A program made the position numbers and the translations under genes. This document shows, piece after piece, positions 12,665 through 26,540 of a DNA stretch of 64,000 bases. Under the pieces are notes generated by a model. The model made no database searches. It was not told the DNA's origin and saw only the letters and a list, made by a program, of their open reading frames with translations. The number at the start of each line of letters is the position of its first letter. Within the stretch, counting starts at the first letter, position 1. Source of the stretch: Hydrolagus colliei (Eukaryota); contig CM068759.1 of NCBI GenBank assembly GCA_035084275.1, positions 5,270,001 to 5,334,000 on the forward strand, in the 5' to 3' direction.

Positions 12665-12995
12665 GCTATGAGTTGCACTTGATATAGCACCTTATCATGT
12701 CTTCGAGCTGTCTCAAAGCACTTCAGAGAATATACCGTAAAATGTAGTGACATTATATTTTGTGGGGAAAATATGTTTATATTCTGAATGTAGTAGGATT
12801 TTATTGTAACCGGTAACCACTTCTGGTAGGAGGTGGGCTGGTGGGGATTGAGTTGGTTATTGGGAAACTTTTGGATCTTTACATGATAATAACAATAATA
12901 ATCCTTGAATTTGGTAAAGCACCTCATCACATTCGAGATGTGTCAAAGTGCTTCACAGTTTCAAAAGTGAATTGGCTGTATATTTTGCGGGCAAA
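12665..12995 (-). mobile_element. Two tandem SINE 3' tails (12665-12770, 12885-12995)
   Basis: Two copies of ttgatatagcacctt...tctcaaagcacttca. Confidence 0.75.
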
Positions 12996-13309
12996 AGGCT
13001 AACAAGCAGCTTCGTGAACTTAGCAACTCTCCACAATGTATTCATTAAAAACAATCAAAGAAAATAAATCAGCTGAAAATTAAAGATGTATGTTGTTTTG
13101 TGATTCTACATATATTATTTATAGGACTGCAAACAATCTAATCGATTGCATACAGAAAGAGGTTATACCTTTTGTTCCTCTGCTATGATCCAATATAGCA
13201 GAGGAACAACAGATTGGTCTGAATTTGTTTGAATTGGGAATTATAAAAATAATATTTCTTACATTTGAGATAGAGTCTTCCATGTTGGGGTGGGGAGTGG
13301 GTGGGTGGC

Positions 13310-13545
13310 GGACATCTCAAAGCACTTCACGGGATTTTCACTGTAAAATACAGCGAGGTTCACCTGTAAAGGCAGATGGTTTAGACATCTAATTCGAAGG
13401 CGACACCTCCAACAATGCAGCGTAACCCCAGCAGTACACTTGTGTTTCAGTCTAGACAATGTGAGTTCCGAGCCCTGATGTAAGCCTTGAACTCATAACT
13501 TTCTGATTGAGATGCGAGATTGCAACCCACTGTGCCAGACTGACA
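13310..13545 (-). mobile_element. DeuSINE with internal deletion
   Basis: The tail is joined to cacctccaacaatgcagc (Deu) and the head ttgaactcataactttctgattgaga...ccactgtgccagactgacac. Confidence 0.75.
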
Positions 13546-14609
13546 CATGACATTCAGTGAGATGTCACAATCTGGTTCATTTACAAGTACAGTGTAACTT
13601 TCAGTGAAGATAATGTATCTGGATTCATCTGAGTGAATTGTATAGACCACTTCATTCCTAACATGACTATATCTTAAGCTGTCTTCATGAAGGTGGATGG
13701 TGCAATACAGTGTCAGGAGTTTCTCAGTGGTTTCACGACTGCCAGGTTAATCCATTAGTAGATTGTGGCCCTTGCAGTTGTTTGAAATTGATGTTTCCCC
13801 TCTCAAAAACAATATAATTGCATTTATTTCATGCACACCGATACAAAAGCTTATTGATCGCACAGACAGGTAAAATAGTATCACAGCCTCCGATAGTGAG
13901 CAGCCCATTTATTTACTGTGGTGAGCTCCCATATAGCGGGTCTCCATTCAAAATGAAAAATCCTCGCTCAATATCCTTACCTACGTGCATGCAATCACAC
14001 TCTCTTGATAGGGAAATTAAATATTGTTAATATGAACAACTAGAGCACAATATTTCGGCATTTAATTCCATGTGGAACACAGAAATCACTTCAACTTTAC
14101 AGGTGCAATGTTTGGTTGACATAAAACATTTTTGCTCGCAGGATTTATTTTAGGATATGCAAGAGAGATAAAATAGAAGTGCTTTCCGAAGCTGCTCAGA
14201 GTAACATGTTGTCTTTGCTCTGTAAATGTTGCAGGCTGCTCTGTTTCTAATTTAATATCTGTCTTGCACATCATCTAGCTCATGATATAATGAATCCCCT
14301 CATATACTGACACTTTGTCATGCCATACATGTTTCATCGTGAAGAGTTCCACTGTCAAACCAATATTTCTCAAACCTTACCTATAGGCTTACACTGGTGG
14401 GATGGTTTGTATATCACATTGTAACTAGCACATAAGTGTGTGTATTTTATGCAGCAATCCACTGCAGGTCAAGTTGAGAATGTCCAATGTTTGTCTCAAA
14501 ATAAAGGCTCATAATCAAGATTGGCTTTAAAATGAGCAATTAAAAAGAACAATTACTCTAAAATACGTTTGGTAAATTAAATTTCCTTTAAACAGCTGAG
14601 CATTGACAG

Positions 14610-14720
14610 GTAATAATAATACAGTAGTGTACTTGTGTTTGTTATGGGGCCTTTCATGTCGAGAGCACGCCTCAAAGTGCTGTATGTTATATACTGTAAA
14701 GAGTAGTGACTGTGTGTCTT
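14610..14720 (-). mobile_element. SINE 3' tail
   Basis: gcctttcatgtc...ctcaaagtgct...atactgtaaagagtagtgactgtg. Confidence 0.6.
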
Positions 14721-15047
14721 ATAGGTTCAAGGAAATGCGAGTATGACTGGCAGTGAATCAGAGAGAACCAATGTTTACAGTGAAATAATGAGATTGTTGC
14801 AGAATTCCGGGATAATGGCTATCTTATAACTCTTCCCTATGATGTGCAATCCTAATGCACAGTTAAAAAAGAATACTTTTGATAAAGTACACTGCAACCA
14901 ATTCTTCAGATGCAAAGTTGCAATCATTTATATTTTTAATCATTTAGTCTTTAAAAGGAGACTGTTGATCATTTGGTCAGATCCAGTGATGGGAAGACAG
15001 ATATTCTGGAAACATGATATTAAATGATGTGAAGGGTCTTCTTTAAA

Positions 15048-15235
15048 ACAATAATAATAATTCTAATCCTTGTGTTTCATATAGCACCTTAGCACATCTT
15101 CAAGGCATCCTCAAAGTGCTTCACAGGTTATACTGTAAAGTGGAGGGACTGTTTATATTGCGGGCGAAATGTGGCTGCCTGTTGCGCACAGCAGCATCCC
15201 ACAAACAGTCATGGATTGAGCAACTTGTGATCTGG
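15048..15235 (-). mobile_element. SINE 3' half
   Basis: (aat)n, atatagcacctt...aaagtgcttcacag, gcgcacagcagcatcccacaaacagtcatggattgag. Confidence 0.8.
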
Positions 15236-18200
15236 TTATTAAAAATACTACTACCTACATCTCGGTTGAAATCAGCTGCCTCAATATAGATGGGGTATCC
15301 TAATCAATATGCTTCAGCTCCACACTATATTGTCGCTCTATCAAAGAAGCCAAAACCTTGACTTCTGCAGTGGAATATTTATTAATCTTCAGAGTGTTCT
15401 CAAGTTACCTTGTTAAAAATGCTAACAATATAAATTTACAGATTTATTATGCAATGTGCTTCAAAATTGGAGACAAAAAAATTCTTGCATCTTTTATTTG
15501 CAAATGGTTAGTTCAAGCAAGACAGTAAACGTAAAAAAAAAAGAGATTGTTTTCTGTACACGGTGGGCCCAAATGGCACTAGGTCATGTCTTCTGTAAAA
15601 TCATAGTTTTGCAAAATTCCAATTTCAGATTTTGTCATTTTGGGACACTAACTTCATTTATCTTGCCAATACGAGGAGACTTGGCTATGTAGGAGAATAT
15701 TGTGCAGATCGGAGATCTAACATATAGGGCAATAATGGGGATATTGCTATTTTGCACTTGTTTTTTTCCTGAGGGATCATCATCATATCTAGGGCATCTA
15801 TCACCTCTCCTTTGGTTGCATCCACACTAACAAAAAGGCCACCACCTCTAGCAAGAAATGCCAAGTGGAACAAAAATATGTTTGTGTGTTTTAGTGTTCA
15901 GAGGAAGTTCAGGACTCAAAGGAATTTGCTTTTATAAATAAACACAATTTCAGCAGTATACAAGCCAGTGTGAAAGGTTAGAATCATGTTGTGTTGCAGC
16001 CATCCACAGTGGACTTAGTTTGAGGTCTGCAAGCCATTTCTGCCATGGGAATAGCCCTTTCTGCGCATTCAATGCAAGCTTTGTACATTCACTTATTTGG
16101 GGATTCAAGCTGCGCTGGGCAATTCATAATAAATGGCATTATGGGAAAACAAGCCAGTAACCGAACATTTATGCAAATGTCTACAATGCTATACATGATA
16201 AGGCCAACGAGTTCAGACTTGGGTCTGGTAGCATGCTTTTCACGCTTACTTCTCATAAGAATGGACACACAATTGAGCAGTGCAGAGAATGAATGTTTGG
16301 GATTAGAGGAATCCCTGGACAGTTGAAAACATTTATAATAATCTATCATTGGTGCAAACACCGCTAAAAATTCAGATTGTATTCGGAATTGATTCCTGAA
16401 CTAAACGAGCAACAATGTGTTGAATTTTGGACTTCATTAAGCAATTTTTTTTTGTTTTTCCTTGCAAGTATTCTTGTTGCTTTATAATGTTAAAATTTAA
16501 AATCCTATACAAAGAAACAACACAAGAGATCAGTGCTCAGTCTGCCCACAGAAGTGCTCATGTTGATATCCGTTGTATAATTGTAAGGAATAGTAAGGCT
16601 GCTTTAAGTAATTGAAAGCTACAAGATAATGTAATTCATGTACAAATGATGTGTTTTTTGGGTATACAAGTTGAACTTTGACCCCTGATGTCATTGCATT
16701 TATAGATCTACCAGTATAATTTTGGCATTCACCTGTAGAATAAGTGAGTGCCACGGTAACATATCATCGAACGGAACCAATGGTAGCCCGGGTACCCAAC
16801 ACTACCAAAGGTTATTGACATTTAAGCCTTTAATGACACAATTTATTTTCTGGAAAAATATCAGACTCAGTGAAGTAATGCACAAGGGTCTAAAATGTTA
16901 GCATACTTTGGTTTCTTTGTTAATTACATAAATAAACATGCCTGTTTGAGTGTAAGCTTGCTGTTCAGTTTATGTGTATTTGTGAGACAGACATCGCTAG
17001 ACATGGATTGACTATCATGTTCGAAATGCATTCAGAAATGCATTCAGTCCATTCTCATTCCTGCGAAATGGTTTGAGAAGTCCTTTCGAGGTGAGGGGAG
17101 CTATATCAAATGTAAGGATTATTATGTAAAAGTCGATTTTAACGTGCACTTCATAAAAAAATGCTTCATAAATGGCTTCATAAAAATGCAAATGTGGTTT
17201 TGACTTATAACAGCAATTAAACAACATTTTATACATGTGTCTGCCTAGACAATAAAAAATAATAATTTGTATTAAACCATTTTAATTGAGATGTGGACCA
17301 AACGATTAGCGTGGACAAGTCACTATCTAGTTATAGTCTAATTCAAAACCATACAATAAATAAGTACTCCTATGCTGAAATATTATCCATTTCATACCAA
17401 CTTATAAAATACATTTCTATGACACCGAAGCTTCTCCACTTCCTATTAACAATCTTCTGCTTCACATAAATGATAGCAGAATCAAATTAGTATTGTTTGG
17501 GAACATATTTTTATTACTACGTATTATTAATTATGGTATGGAATGGGTTTTCATCAGACATTTTGATTGCTGTCCACCATTGGTTGTACAAAGTCGTACA
17601 ATTTCCCTTTGAAACTCTAACTGCCTGGCCTGCAGTTATGAAACTCATTGCTGCCAAACACTTCTGTACTATTGGCCCCTTGCAAGGCTCTGATCTCTAG
17701 GTGATGATTATGCAGGTATCTGTGACCAACTGTGTACAGGAAACCAGCGAGGTATCGCTAATGAAGCCTTCAAAATGTGTACAAATCCCTAAAGCAGAGA
17801 AACAGCAGGTACACACTTCAAGATTCAATCCTCTAACCACTTTTTCAAGAGTACTTAGTATTGTTCACTGATGTCCATTGACTATGTATCACAGATTCCA
17901 TTATTTCTCCATTGCGTGCCAAAAATAAGTTCTTATGTATTAATTATACCATCAAAGCCAACACATTAAAGTTGAGACACTGCTTGCCATCCATCTCAGT
18001 GGGAACCAGAATTTGTTTGGGGGTGCTTCATGACATCAACAACAACAATCGCACACAGCAGTTACAATAGCACATACATTTCCTGTAATATTTTATCTAA
18101 TTTGCTTTAAAACTTGAATAAACAGATTGAAAAATCATCATCACTAAATAAGGCGCCCACGTACTTAGTTACCGATGTAGGCATTTACAGCTTTACACGT

Positions 18201-18482
18201 TAATCAGATTATTTACATAAATTCTGTGACCCACACCACAGTAACGTCCAGAACGTCTAACTATTTACCACATTATTAGTTACTGAACAGGACATCTGAG
18301 ACCTCAAGTCGGTGGAGAAACATCCAAGGTACACATCGAATGTTGTTTCCTGTTTAGCAAATGCGTCACAGATATGGTTTAATTGAAACATTTGCATTTT
18401 GTACCACCATGGGCACACACCAATGTGGCCTATACTGTAAATTCATTCGTTCTCTCCTGCTCGTCAAGGAGAAAAGCTAACA

Positions 18483-18724
18483 AAATAATAATAATAATAG
18501 TAATCCTTTCATTTGATATAATGCTTTTCACGTCTTCTAGACATCTCAAAGCGCTTCACAGAATATACTGTAAATTGAATTGACCTTGTATTGATGGGAA
18601 AAATGCAGCAGCCAATTGTGCACAGCAGTGTCCCACTTGCCCAAGGTTTCACCCTGCCTGAAATTGAACCTAGGTCTCTCACTTGCAAGGTGTGTGCTCT
18701 AATCACTGAGCTACAGGACTCCAC
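18483..18724 (-). mobile_element. tRNA-Ala-headed SINE, internally deleted
   Basis: Tail, then cttgcccaaggtttc and the head ttgaacctaggtctctcacttgcaagg...cactgagctacaggactccac. Confidence 0.85.
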
Positions 18725-19861
18725 GAATGTTCACCGAATGTGTTGGACACCACTGCAAGAGGGAGAAGGATGTCAGGCGTCCACTCAGTTTTCCCAACAA
18801 CAGAGTTTTAGACCTTTTTAAAACTTTTGTTTGAACCTGTCATGTGTAATATTCATTGAAATCCACAAACAAAACCAGTTTGTTACCAGAAAGATACCAA
18901 AATCAGAAAGGTCCACTATCAGCCTTTGGTGGAGTCACATCCTTTTAGCTGATATTTGTGTTGACACAATAAACAAAATGGTTTCAAGCTTGAGCAGAGA
19001 AACACAAAGTAACAAATTCCTTCATTGTATGTCCAACGATGGCACTTTAAGGGGCACATACATGTAAACCGGTTTGAATTGGAAAGGAATCTGCATTCCT
19101 TGAGAAAAAAACCACACCTAATTTAGTTTGGACAAGTTTGGATATTCTCTCAATATTCAATTCTCTTTCTCACTGTTCATGCCTCAGTGTAGTTCTTATC
19201 CATGTTGCCTCGTAATTGAAGGGTTCTTCATGAAGCACGGAGCCCTCGAGGGAAAAGCACAGATTTAACAGCTAGCCGTTCATGCGTCGTTTTCTTCTAT
19301 TCAAAATTGGCAGGAGTCATAATTGCCAATAAAACTGGAAAAAATAGCTGATTGTAGTTCAACTAGATTTTAAAATCTTCTGACACCTTCAGTCCTATCC
19401 TATAATCTAGACATTTGTGCAGTGATTGTTTGTGCCCCCATTCCCCCGAAAGTAGTAATACACTAGGCCTCATATGGTAAGACACATATCCGAAGATCAA
19501 ATAAGTGTGTACCTTAACATGACCCACAAATACAGATATTAAACTCCATGGAAAACTTTGTGAAGCGCTTTGAGATGTTTCGCCATGATAAGGAGCTACA
19601 TCAAATAAAAGAGTTATTGTTGTGATTAACTCCTATTCTCAGCTGAGGCAGAGCGTCAAGGGATGTCACAAATGTTGTCTTTGACTTTGACAGGTGAGGA
19701 ATGGGGATCATGCCTGCCTTTGCTCTCACACACATTCATTGGGTGCTGAACTCTAAAAATTAGCATGGACGACTATGTGTTTTTAATGGGATTTACCACA
19801 AGAAAGATGAGATAGAAATATAAGTACTTCTGGCACGAGATAAAACCAAACTGTCTGAACA

Positions 19862-19950
19862 AGATTTACAGAGATTTACAAGGAATATACAGCATGGAAA
19901 CAGGTCATTTGGCCCAACCTACAACATGCAATGTTTATATTCTGCACAAG
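19862..19950 (-). mobile_element. CR1 3' end fragment
   Basis: acagcatggaaacaggtcatttggcccaac CR1 3'UTR motif. Confidence 0.55.
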
Positions 19951-21199
19951 GTGTCTGGTTCTTTGGTATCCTAACCAAGAACAAGTCCATTTTGTTTCAG
20001 AAAAGAGCAGGAGGAAAGAAAATTGGAGAAAGTGAAATTTGTAAAAAGAAATAACACAATTCCTATGACATATTAGAGATAAATCATCTAAAATAAATAT
20101 TAACTGGGTATCTATACCCTAAAAGCTTCCACAAAAGGTCCACACCTATTCACAGTGAGTCTTAAGATAATTATTGTATATCAGATTCATATGCTGCCTC
20201 CTTAAGAACTTTTCTGCAAACTTTAGTATGACTTTTGTAAATACTGTAGTATGACGAGGTGACATGATTAAGGTTTAACCACTAATTAACACTAATCGAT
20301 TTTGATGTATCTGGTATGCTGTTAAATGCTGTTGTATCTGTGACACAAGTACATTTTTAAATGGTGAATGGATGGCCAATACAAACTCATAAGGAGATGA
20401 GAACATTAAAATATGGTGTCTCTCGATAAATAGTAAAGAATTGGAAAAAAATTAAAAAAAATTCCCCCACAAATAAACTGATTTATACTATTGTCAAATG
20501 GTAAATTTTCACCCAGCAGTAGAGTTACAGCTCAGTGTGAGGGAGGGAAACAAGAGGGTATTTAACCTAGCAAATGAAACAAACAAGATATGCATTTATC
20601 TTGCGTAATACTGTATTGGGTAGACATACTGAGTGAATACCACTGCTCAGTGCTACCAAACCAGCTGATGTGAAATAAAAAGAAAGGCAGTGATGTGCAA
20701 TTCTGAAACAAACTGAATCTGATCATTTTGCCCAGTTTGGATCCACTTTGCCTGATTAAATTGTTATTTCCGATGAGCACTTTTGTATTTGCCAGCGATA
20801 AATACAAAGAGATAAATAAACAGATCACATGAATGCTTGTGATGGGTCATCTGGGGCATTGCTTGGTTTGGTAACTAATGCTCCATTTATATACTGCACA
20901 TTTAGCATTGATCCAGTGCAATTTTTGCATTGAATTGACACTAAGAGTGGGGCATAAATCAGGATTCAGGTCAATCCAGGGGATGGTTCCAGAAAGGAAT
21001 CAATCAGGTGGTACAGCAGTCGATTTCAATAAAAACTTTTGAAATTAACCAAAATAATTGCATCTCAAAAACCTCCCAATTGTCCAACACGCAACAGGAG
21101 TGAAAACAAAATGAACGATTGAACAATTTTAAGATTACCACAACGATTTTATTCTGTGTGAAAGAAATATGGTAGCCGGATCTCTTGGTGTGCTAGACA

Positions 21200-21432
21200 T
21201 TTTAGCGAACACAAAGTCTCGGCTGACCTTCCAGTGCAATGCTGGGGGAAGCATTGGATTGTTCAAGCTAACGTCCTTCAGATAAAACAGTGAACCAGAG
21301 TTCCATCTACCTGTTCAAAGATCCCATGGCGCAGTCCAAAAAGAGAAGGGAAACAATAAGTGACTAATGTACAGTCACTACACTTTACAGTAAATCTAGT
21401 GAAACCCTTTGAGACATTTCAAATGTAAGGAT
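21200..21432 (+). mobile_element. Degenerate DeuSINE
   Basis: ggctgaccttccagtgcaatgctgggg...cttcagataaaacagtgaaccagag...aaagatcccatggc, then the tail. Confidence 0.65.
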
Positions 21433-21794
21433 TAATACATTAACTGAAATAGCATAAATGATCATTCGCAGAAATAAATAATATCTAAAAATGTGCCAGG
21501 TGATTGCATTCTACCTCCAATGTTGTTGAAAATATAAAGTTTCAACAGCCGTTACGTGTAGGTGAACAATTCTCTCTCTTGGTGTATATATGTGAGGTTT
21601 CCCCATTAGCTCTATATCTGATTGCAGTCAGAAGGTATGATGTTATTGATGAGTTTGTGCACTCATGTTGAATCTACGAAGGCTTACCTAGTTTTGCTAA
21701 AAGTCAGCACCGCTCGATATTCATCCGGTGCCAATAAATTTTCTTTTTTTTTAAGAATACTAAAAGCCAATGAATTGAGGAATCAATGAATTAA

Positions 21795-22025
21795 AATAAT
21801 AATAATAAATGAATCTTGTTGCATTTGATATAGTGCCTTATCATGGCTTTGATACGAGTCAAAGAGCTTCATAGAATATACTGTAAAGCATTAATGGAGC
21901 CTTAACAATGAGATACAGACGGCTCCGAGGCACTCCACTTTCAGCAAAATCCTTGGAGCTCATTGAGATGTCCTACTGAGGTGAAAAGCGCATTACCAAA
22001 TGCAAGGGTTATTATTATTGTGCTA
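21795..22025. mobile_element. Divergent pair of SINE tails (- 21795-21890, + 21935-22025)
   Basis: gcatttgatatagtgcc...atactgtaaag and gagatgtcc...gtgaaaagcgc...aaatgcaagggttattatt. Confidence 0.7.
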
Positions 22026-23771
22026 TTATTAGTTATAAATAATCATTAATATTGTTGGATGAAATTCAGAAAGAAAATATAAATCTATATCAACCAAATC
22101 TACCTCCATTGAATACAATTTGGTGATGTTATTCTAGTCTATTTTTGAGATGATCCTACAGTTTTTAATCAAGGCTATGGCCTGCCCAGGCTTCCTGTTG
22201 CCTCATTTGGAAGGTCATTGTTGATTAGCAGGCTATGCAGATGATAGTCTCTTAATATATTTCCCCAACAACTTTCATCTGCAGAAAATTGTTACTGATT
22301 ACAGCGCCAAACCTCAAGGCTACGAACGATGAAGGTTTATGAGCATGGGAACAGTTGTTACGGACTCAGCCCACTCAACAAATTGTGCTCTTTAGTCGAA
22401 CTCACACTCTTATTTTCCTGATTCTGTCATTATCTGACATCAAGTAAGCTTGGATTGAGCAACAGAAAAGTGGAGTTGTTCACCAAATCTAGTTGGGCAT
22501 GTGGCAAATCAAATTGCAACGTCTGTATGCTACGAAGCTACTGATGCAAGAAACAGCAAAGTCTTTATTGGGTCATTCATGTCCCTTCCAAATGTGACAG
22601 ATTGTCCTTTGCATATAACTACTGGATGTTTGGTGTGATTCCGATGGCCCCAAGTTTCTTGGACAGAGCGTGTAAATTAATTGGGTCTTTATACATCAAA
22701 ACATCTCGCACTACTTAACAGTAATTAGCGTCAACCATAGTGGCTTTTGTTTTGTAGGTAGATGGGGTAACTATTTTGTACAGAGCAAGGTCCTGCGCAC
22801 AGCCATGAGGTTGAAAGGCTAACTGTAACATCACGCTGTCCGCTGATGTAAATCATTCAACGTCACAATTGTGGTCACTTGTTAAAGTGCTACCGACTGA
22901 GCTCGGCTGACTTGTGCAAGATCCAAAACAACACTTAAATCAAGAGTTACATCAAACACAGAATTGTAAGACCGCTCTCTAGGTGTGGAGTATTCATTTA
23001 CATAGAGCACTTTCCTTTTATTTCTCTAATTGATTCCCTGGATCCTGGACATTTCTGTAATTCAGGTGCATAGTGAGTCTAATTAATTTTACACATTCTT
23101 TTTTTCAATGAAAACTCTACATACGGTGTTATTTGACCCAAATTAGGGCAGATTTTGTGCTCTCAGCAAAATGATTATTTTCGCATTTGCTGCTGCAGAG
23201 TTCTACCCCACAGCAAGATCTTTCCAGCAGCTGGAGAAACAGACTTTGATCTCAATTTGAATTTCAGTATCAGAACTGCTCTGCAATCCAGAAAAATGTA
23301 CCATCATTGTTTTCCATGGTGCCCTGTGAGCTGGGGCCTCCAAACTTGAACGCCACTAAATGTGTGACAAACCACATCTAATTCAAACTTTGTCTGGCAG
23401 AATGGTCAAGGTTGGATTGAAGCAGTTGCTGTGAGATTAAATGTTGTCATGTTTTGACCGAGCTCAACCCATTTGGGCACATCTGTGGCAGATCTGGTTA
23501 AGTAATCAGCCTTCTCATTTATCAACGGGATCAGACGTTTTCTTAGCTTTCCCTTTCTCCTGCCATCGAGAGAGAAGGTTAGCAGCAAAAATAATCACAC
23601 ACCTGCTTGCTGTTTCATTGAAAAATATGCCATTATCAATAACAAAATGATTGTGTTATTCAGTTGTCTATTGCTGCCATTGCTTTATTGAAAGAGCAGT
23701 TTAAGACCCTAAATCTTTAGTTATTTTGCTTGTAAGGTATGTTAGGACCTCTGTTCATATGTTAAGTTCCA

Positions 23772-24082
23772 GTGTGTCAGCGTGGCTCAGTTGGTAGCAC
23801 TCCTACTTTGAACTAGGAAGGTTCTGTATTCAAACCCCACATTCGGACTTCGCATTCATGGTGTAAGGTTGCAATATTTCTCCCAATGTCCTGATCAACA
23901 TTCCCCCCAAAACACACTTAATTTGTGCCTCTGTAGGATATGAGATGGGCACAAATTGGCTTCTATGTTCTCATACAAAATACACCAGTTCCTACACTTC
24001 TCAATAAAATCTCGTCAAATGCTTTGAGATGTCTTGATGACATAGTAAGGCGCTGTATCAAAGGCACAGATTATGGTTATCT
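23772..24082 (+). mobile_element. DeuSINE (SacSINE1-like head), internally deleted
   Basis: Head gtgtgtcagcgtggctcagttggtagcactc; tail gctttgagatgtc...ggcgctgtatcaaa. Confidence 0.8.
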
Positions 24083-24694
24083 TTATAGTCTTCATTTTAT
24101 CGTGTAGAGTCAATCTGCATGGATGCTCAAGACTATCCGGCTGGAAATTACCTTTTATCGTAAACTTTCCATGAAAGCAAGTGTTTCCCTGCTCTCTGTT
24201 GAATCTTTATTATGGAGTGAAGAAAGGAATTAGGATTATAAATTTGTACTAGTAAAAAATGAACACTGCAGATTCATTAAGCACAGCACTTATCCAACGT
24301 GTTAGACGCACCATTTACCTCACGTGTATTGCAGTGAGATGGACACAACATTATTAAGGTGGCGCCTGATGCCGTGATATCTCGTAGGTTTGGTGTTTGG
24401 TACTTTCAAAACGCCAACTGCTACAAACTGCAGTTATTTAACTTACGTTAGAGTTAGCAGCAGTCTATTTATCAGCGGATGCTTGGTGCTTAACACAGGA
24501 ACCCATAAAAGTCGATTTGAGATGTCTCAACAACATAATAAGGTGCTGTATCAAAGTGCAAGGTGTTATCCATTGAACTGAACACTACATTCCATCATGT
24601 CATGTCCATTTGGATGCTTGTGCAATGCAGATAGGCACTGAGAATGGATTTTCTCAGACCTAAGCTTGACAAGATATCAAAGGTTGACACAGCA

Positions 24695-24955
24695 CTAGCA
24701 GGGCGAAACTTTGGCAAAGGTTTTTTTTATTCCACATGCCTGATAATAATCACTCAAGCAAATAAATAAAATACCAATTTGGTCACTCAATCCACGTCTG
24801 TTTGTGGGACACTGCTGTGCGCAATTGGCTGTAGCATTTCTCTCACAAATATACAGTCAATTCACTTGATTGGGTATTCTGTGAAGTGCTTCGAGACATC
24901 TAGAAGATGTGAAAAATTATATCAAGTGCAAGGATTATTATTATCATTGTTTATT
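24695..24955 (+). mobile_element. tRNA-Ala/CORE-like SINE, 5'-truncated
   Basis: gcagggcgaaactttggcaaag...ctgtttgtgggacactgctgtgcgcaattggctg, then the tail. Confidence 0.8.
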
Positions 24956-26049
24956 ATGAGCTACGCCTAGTCACAAGTATGCTGTGAACTCTTCCTCCCC
25001 AAATGACAACTCTGAGAGAGTGACCCCACCAAAAAAGTAACCTCTTTTATAATTTTTCTCAGTATTAACATAGAAAGTGAAGCATGTACATTAAGCATCA
25101 GCATTTTGAAAGTTATATTTTGTAATGGTTACCCCATGCTCATAAATATCAAAAATAAGAAGTGATAGTAATGGAAAACAAAAACGGAATGTTATTACAT
25201 TCTCTAATTCAATTAAATCCTAATGACTTTTCCATTTTTAATAGTTCATTAGACTTAGTTCATTAGTCTCATTAGGAAAATAGGTGCGGGGCAATAGGAA
25301 GCACTGAAACTCGTCATTGCCATATGTTTAAGTTTCATAAATGTTTTTATGATCATTAGGACTGTACAGTAGAGTACATCAATACTCCGCTACCTTGAAC
25401 GATACGCAAACTGGTCAGCATGAGGTTTACAACTATAACAACATTACATTTGTAGAGTGACTTTCACGTCAGGAGGACATCCCAAGGAGGTTTATGGGCC
25501 AAATGGGAAAAAGGCACGTAATATACTCAGAACTCACCTCTCTTAGAATCGTTATTTAGTATTTGGTGCAGATAGAGGCACTCAGCTCACTAAGACGGGA
25601 TAAGGCGCTATATAAATGCAAGGAATATTATTATTATTACATCTTGTGCTGTGAGGAATAGATAACTCGTGAGAATCTTGTGCTATCGATTCAGTTTCAC
25701 CTGATAATCCTAGTTTGGAGTTCTTCACACACAGAAACCAATTTACTAGTTGTAAGGTTTCTTTCATCTAGGATATATCCATCAGTTATTCCACTTTCCC
25801 AGCTCCCAACCTGAACTTTCTAAAACCTTCCCGACTCTCTCTAACTTGGCTATCACCTTTCATACATCTTTCTATCCGAGCTTTCAGATCAGCTCCAAAT
25901 CCATTCTAATGCTACAGGCTCTTTCACCGGGCTTTCCCGATCTCTTATTCCAACCAGCCTATTTGACCTCTGACTTCACTCCAACCTTTGTTCAGGTGAA
26001 ATTGCCTTTCATCTTAACTGTATCTTTGGCACTTTGACAGCTGCTTATC

Positions 26050-26192
26050 CACGTTACTTTGCGTGAATTGGCCGCAGGCTTCACCCACAAAATACACAAG
26101 TCACTACACATTCAGCGCTTTGGGACGTCCTCCCGACGTGAAAGGCGCCATATAAAGGTGCAATTTTGTTGTTGTTGTTGTTGTTGTTGTTG
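26050..26192 (+). mobile_element. SINE/L2 3' end with (TTG)n tail
   Basis: gcgctttgggacgtcctcccgacgtgaaaggcgccatataaa followed by (gtt)n. Confidence 0.8.
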
Positions 26193-26429
26193 AACACATA
26201 ACCCGAAACATTCTGCAAAGCCTTTTGAGTTATCCTCGCAAGTTCAAATCACAATCTGCCCAGTATTCTGGAATTGCTGTCAGAGGGCTCTGGGACAGCT
26301 ATGGTTACTGATATCAGAAATGGAGTGTTCTCTCTTTGATAAACTGGAGAGCTTCCTTCTGCTTACACTGCAGTAGAGCCAAAAGCTCTACTACTTTTAT
26401 TATGAATATTAATAATAATATTATTATGT

Positions 26430-26540
26430 AGATAGTAATAATAATATCTTGTGTTCGATACACTAGTATCACGTGTTCGAGACGTCTCTAAGCACTTTAC
26501 AGAAAATACTGCAAAAATGAATTAACTGTACATTTTGTGT
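26430..26540 (-). mobile_element. SINE 3' tail
   Basis: tcacgtgttcgagacgtctctaagcactttacagaaaatactgcaaa. Confidence 0.7.
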
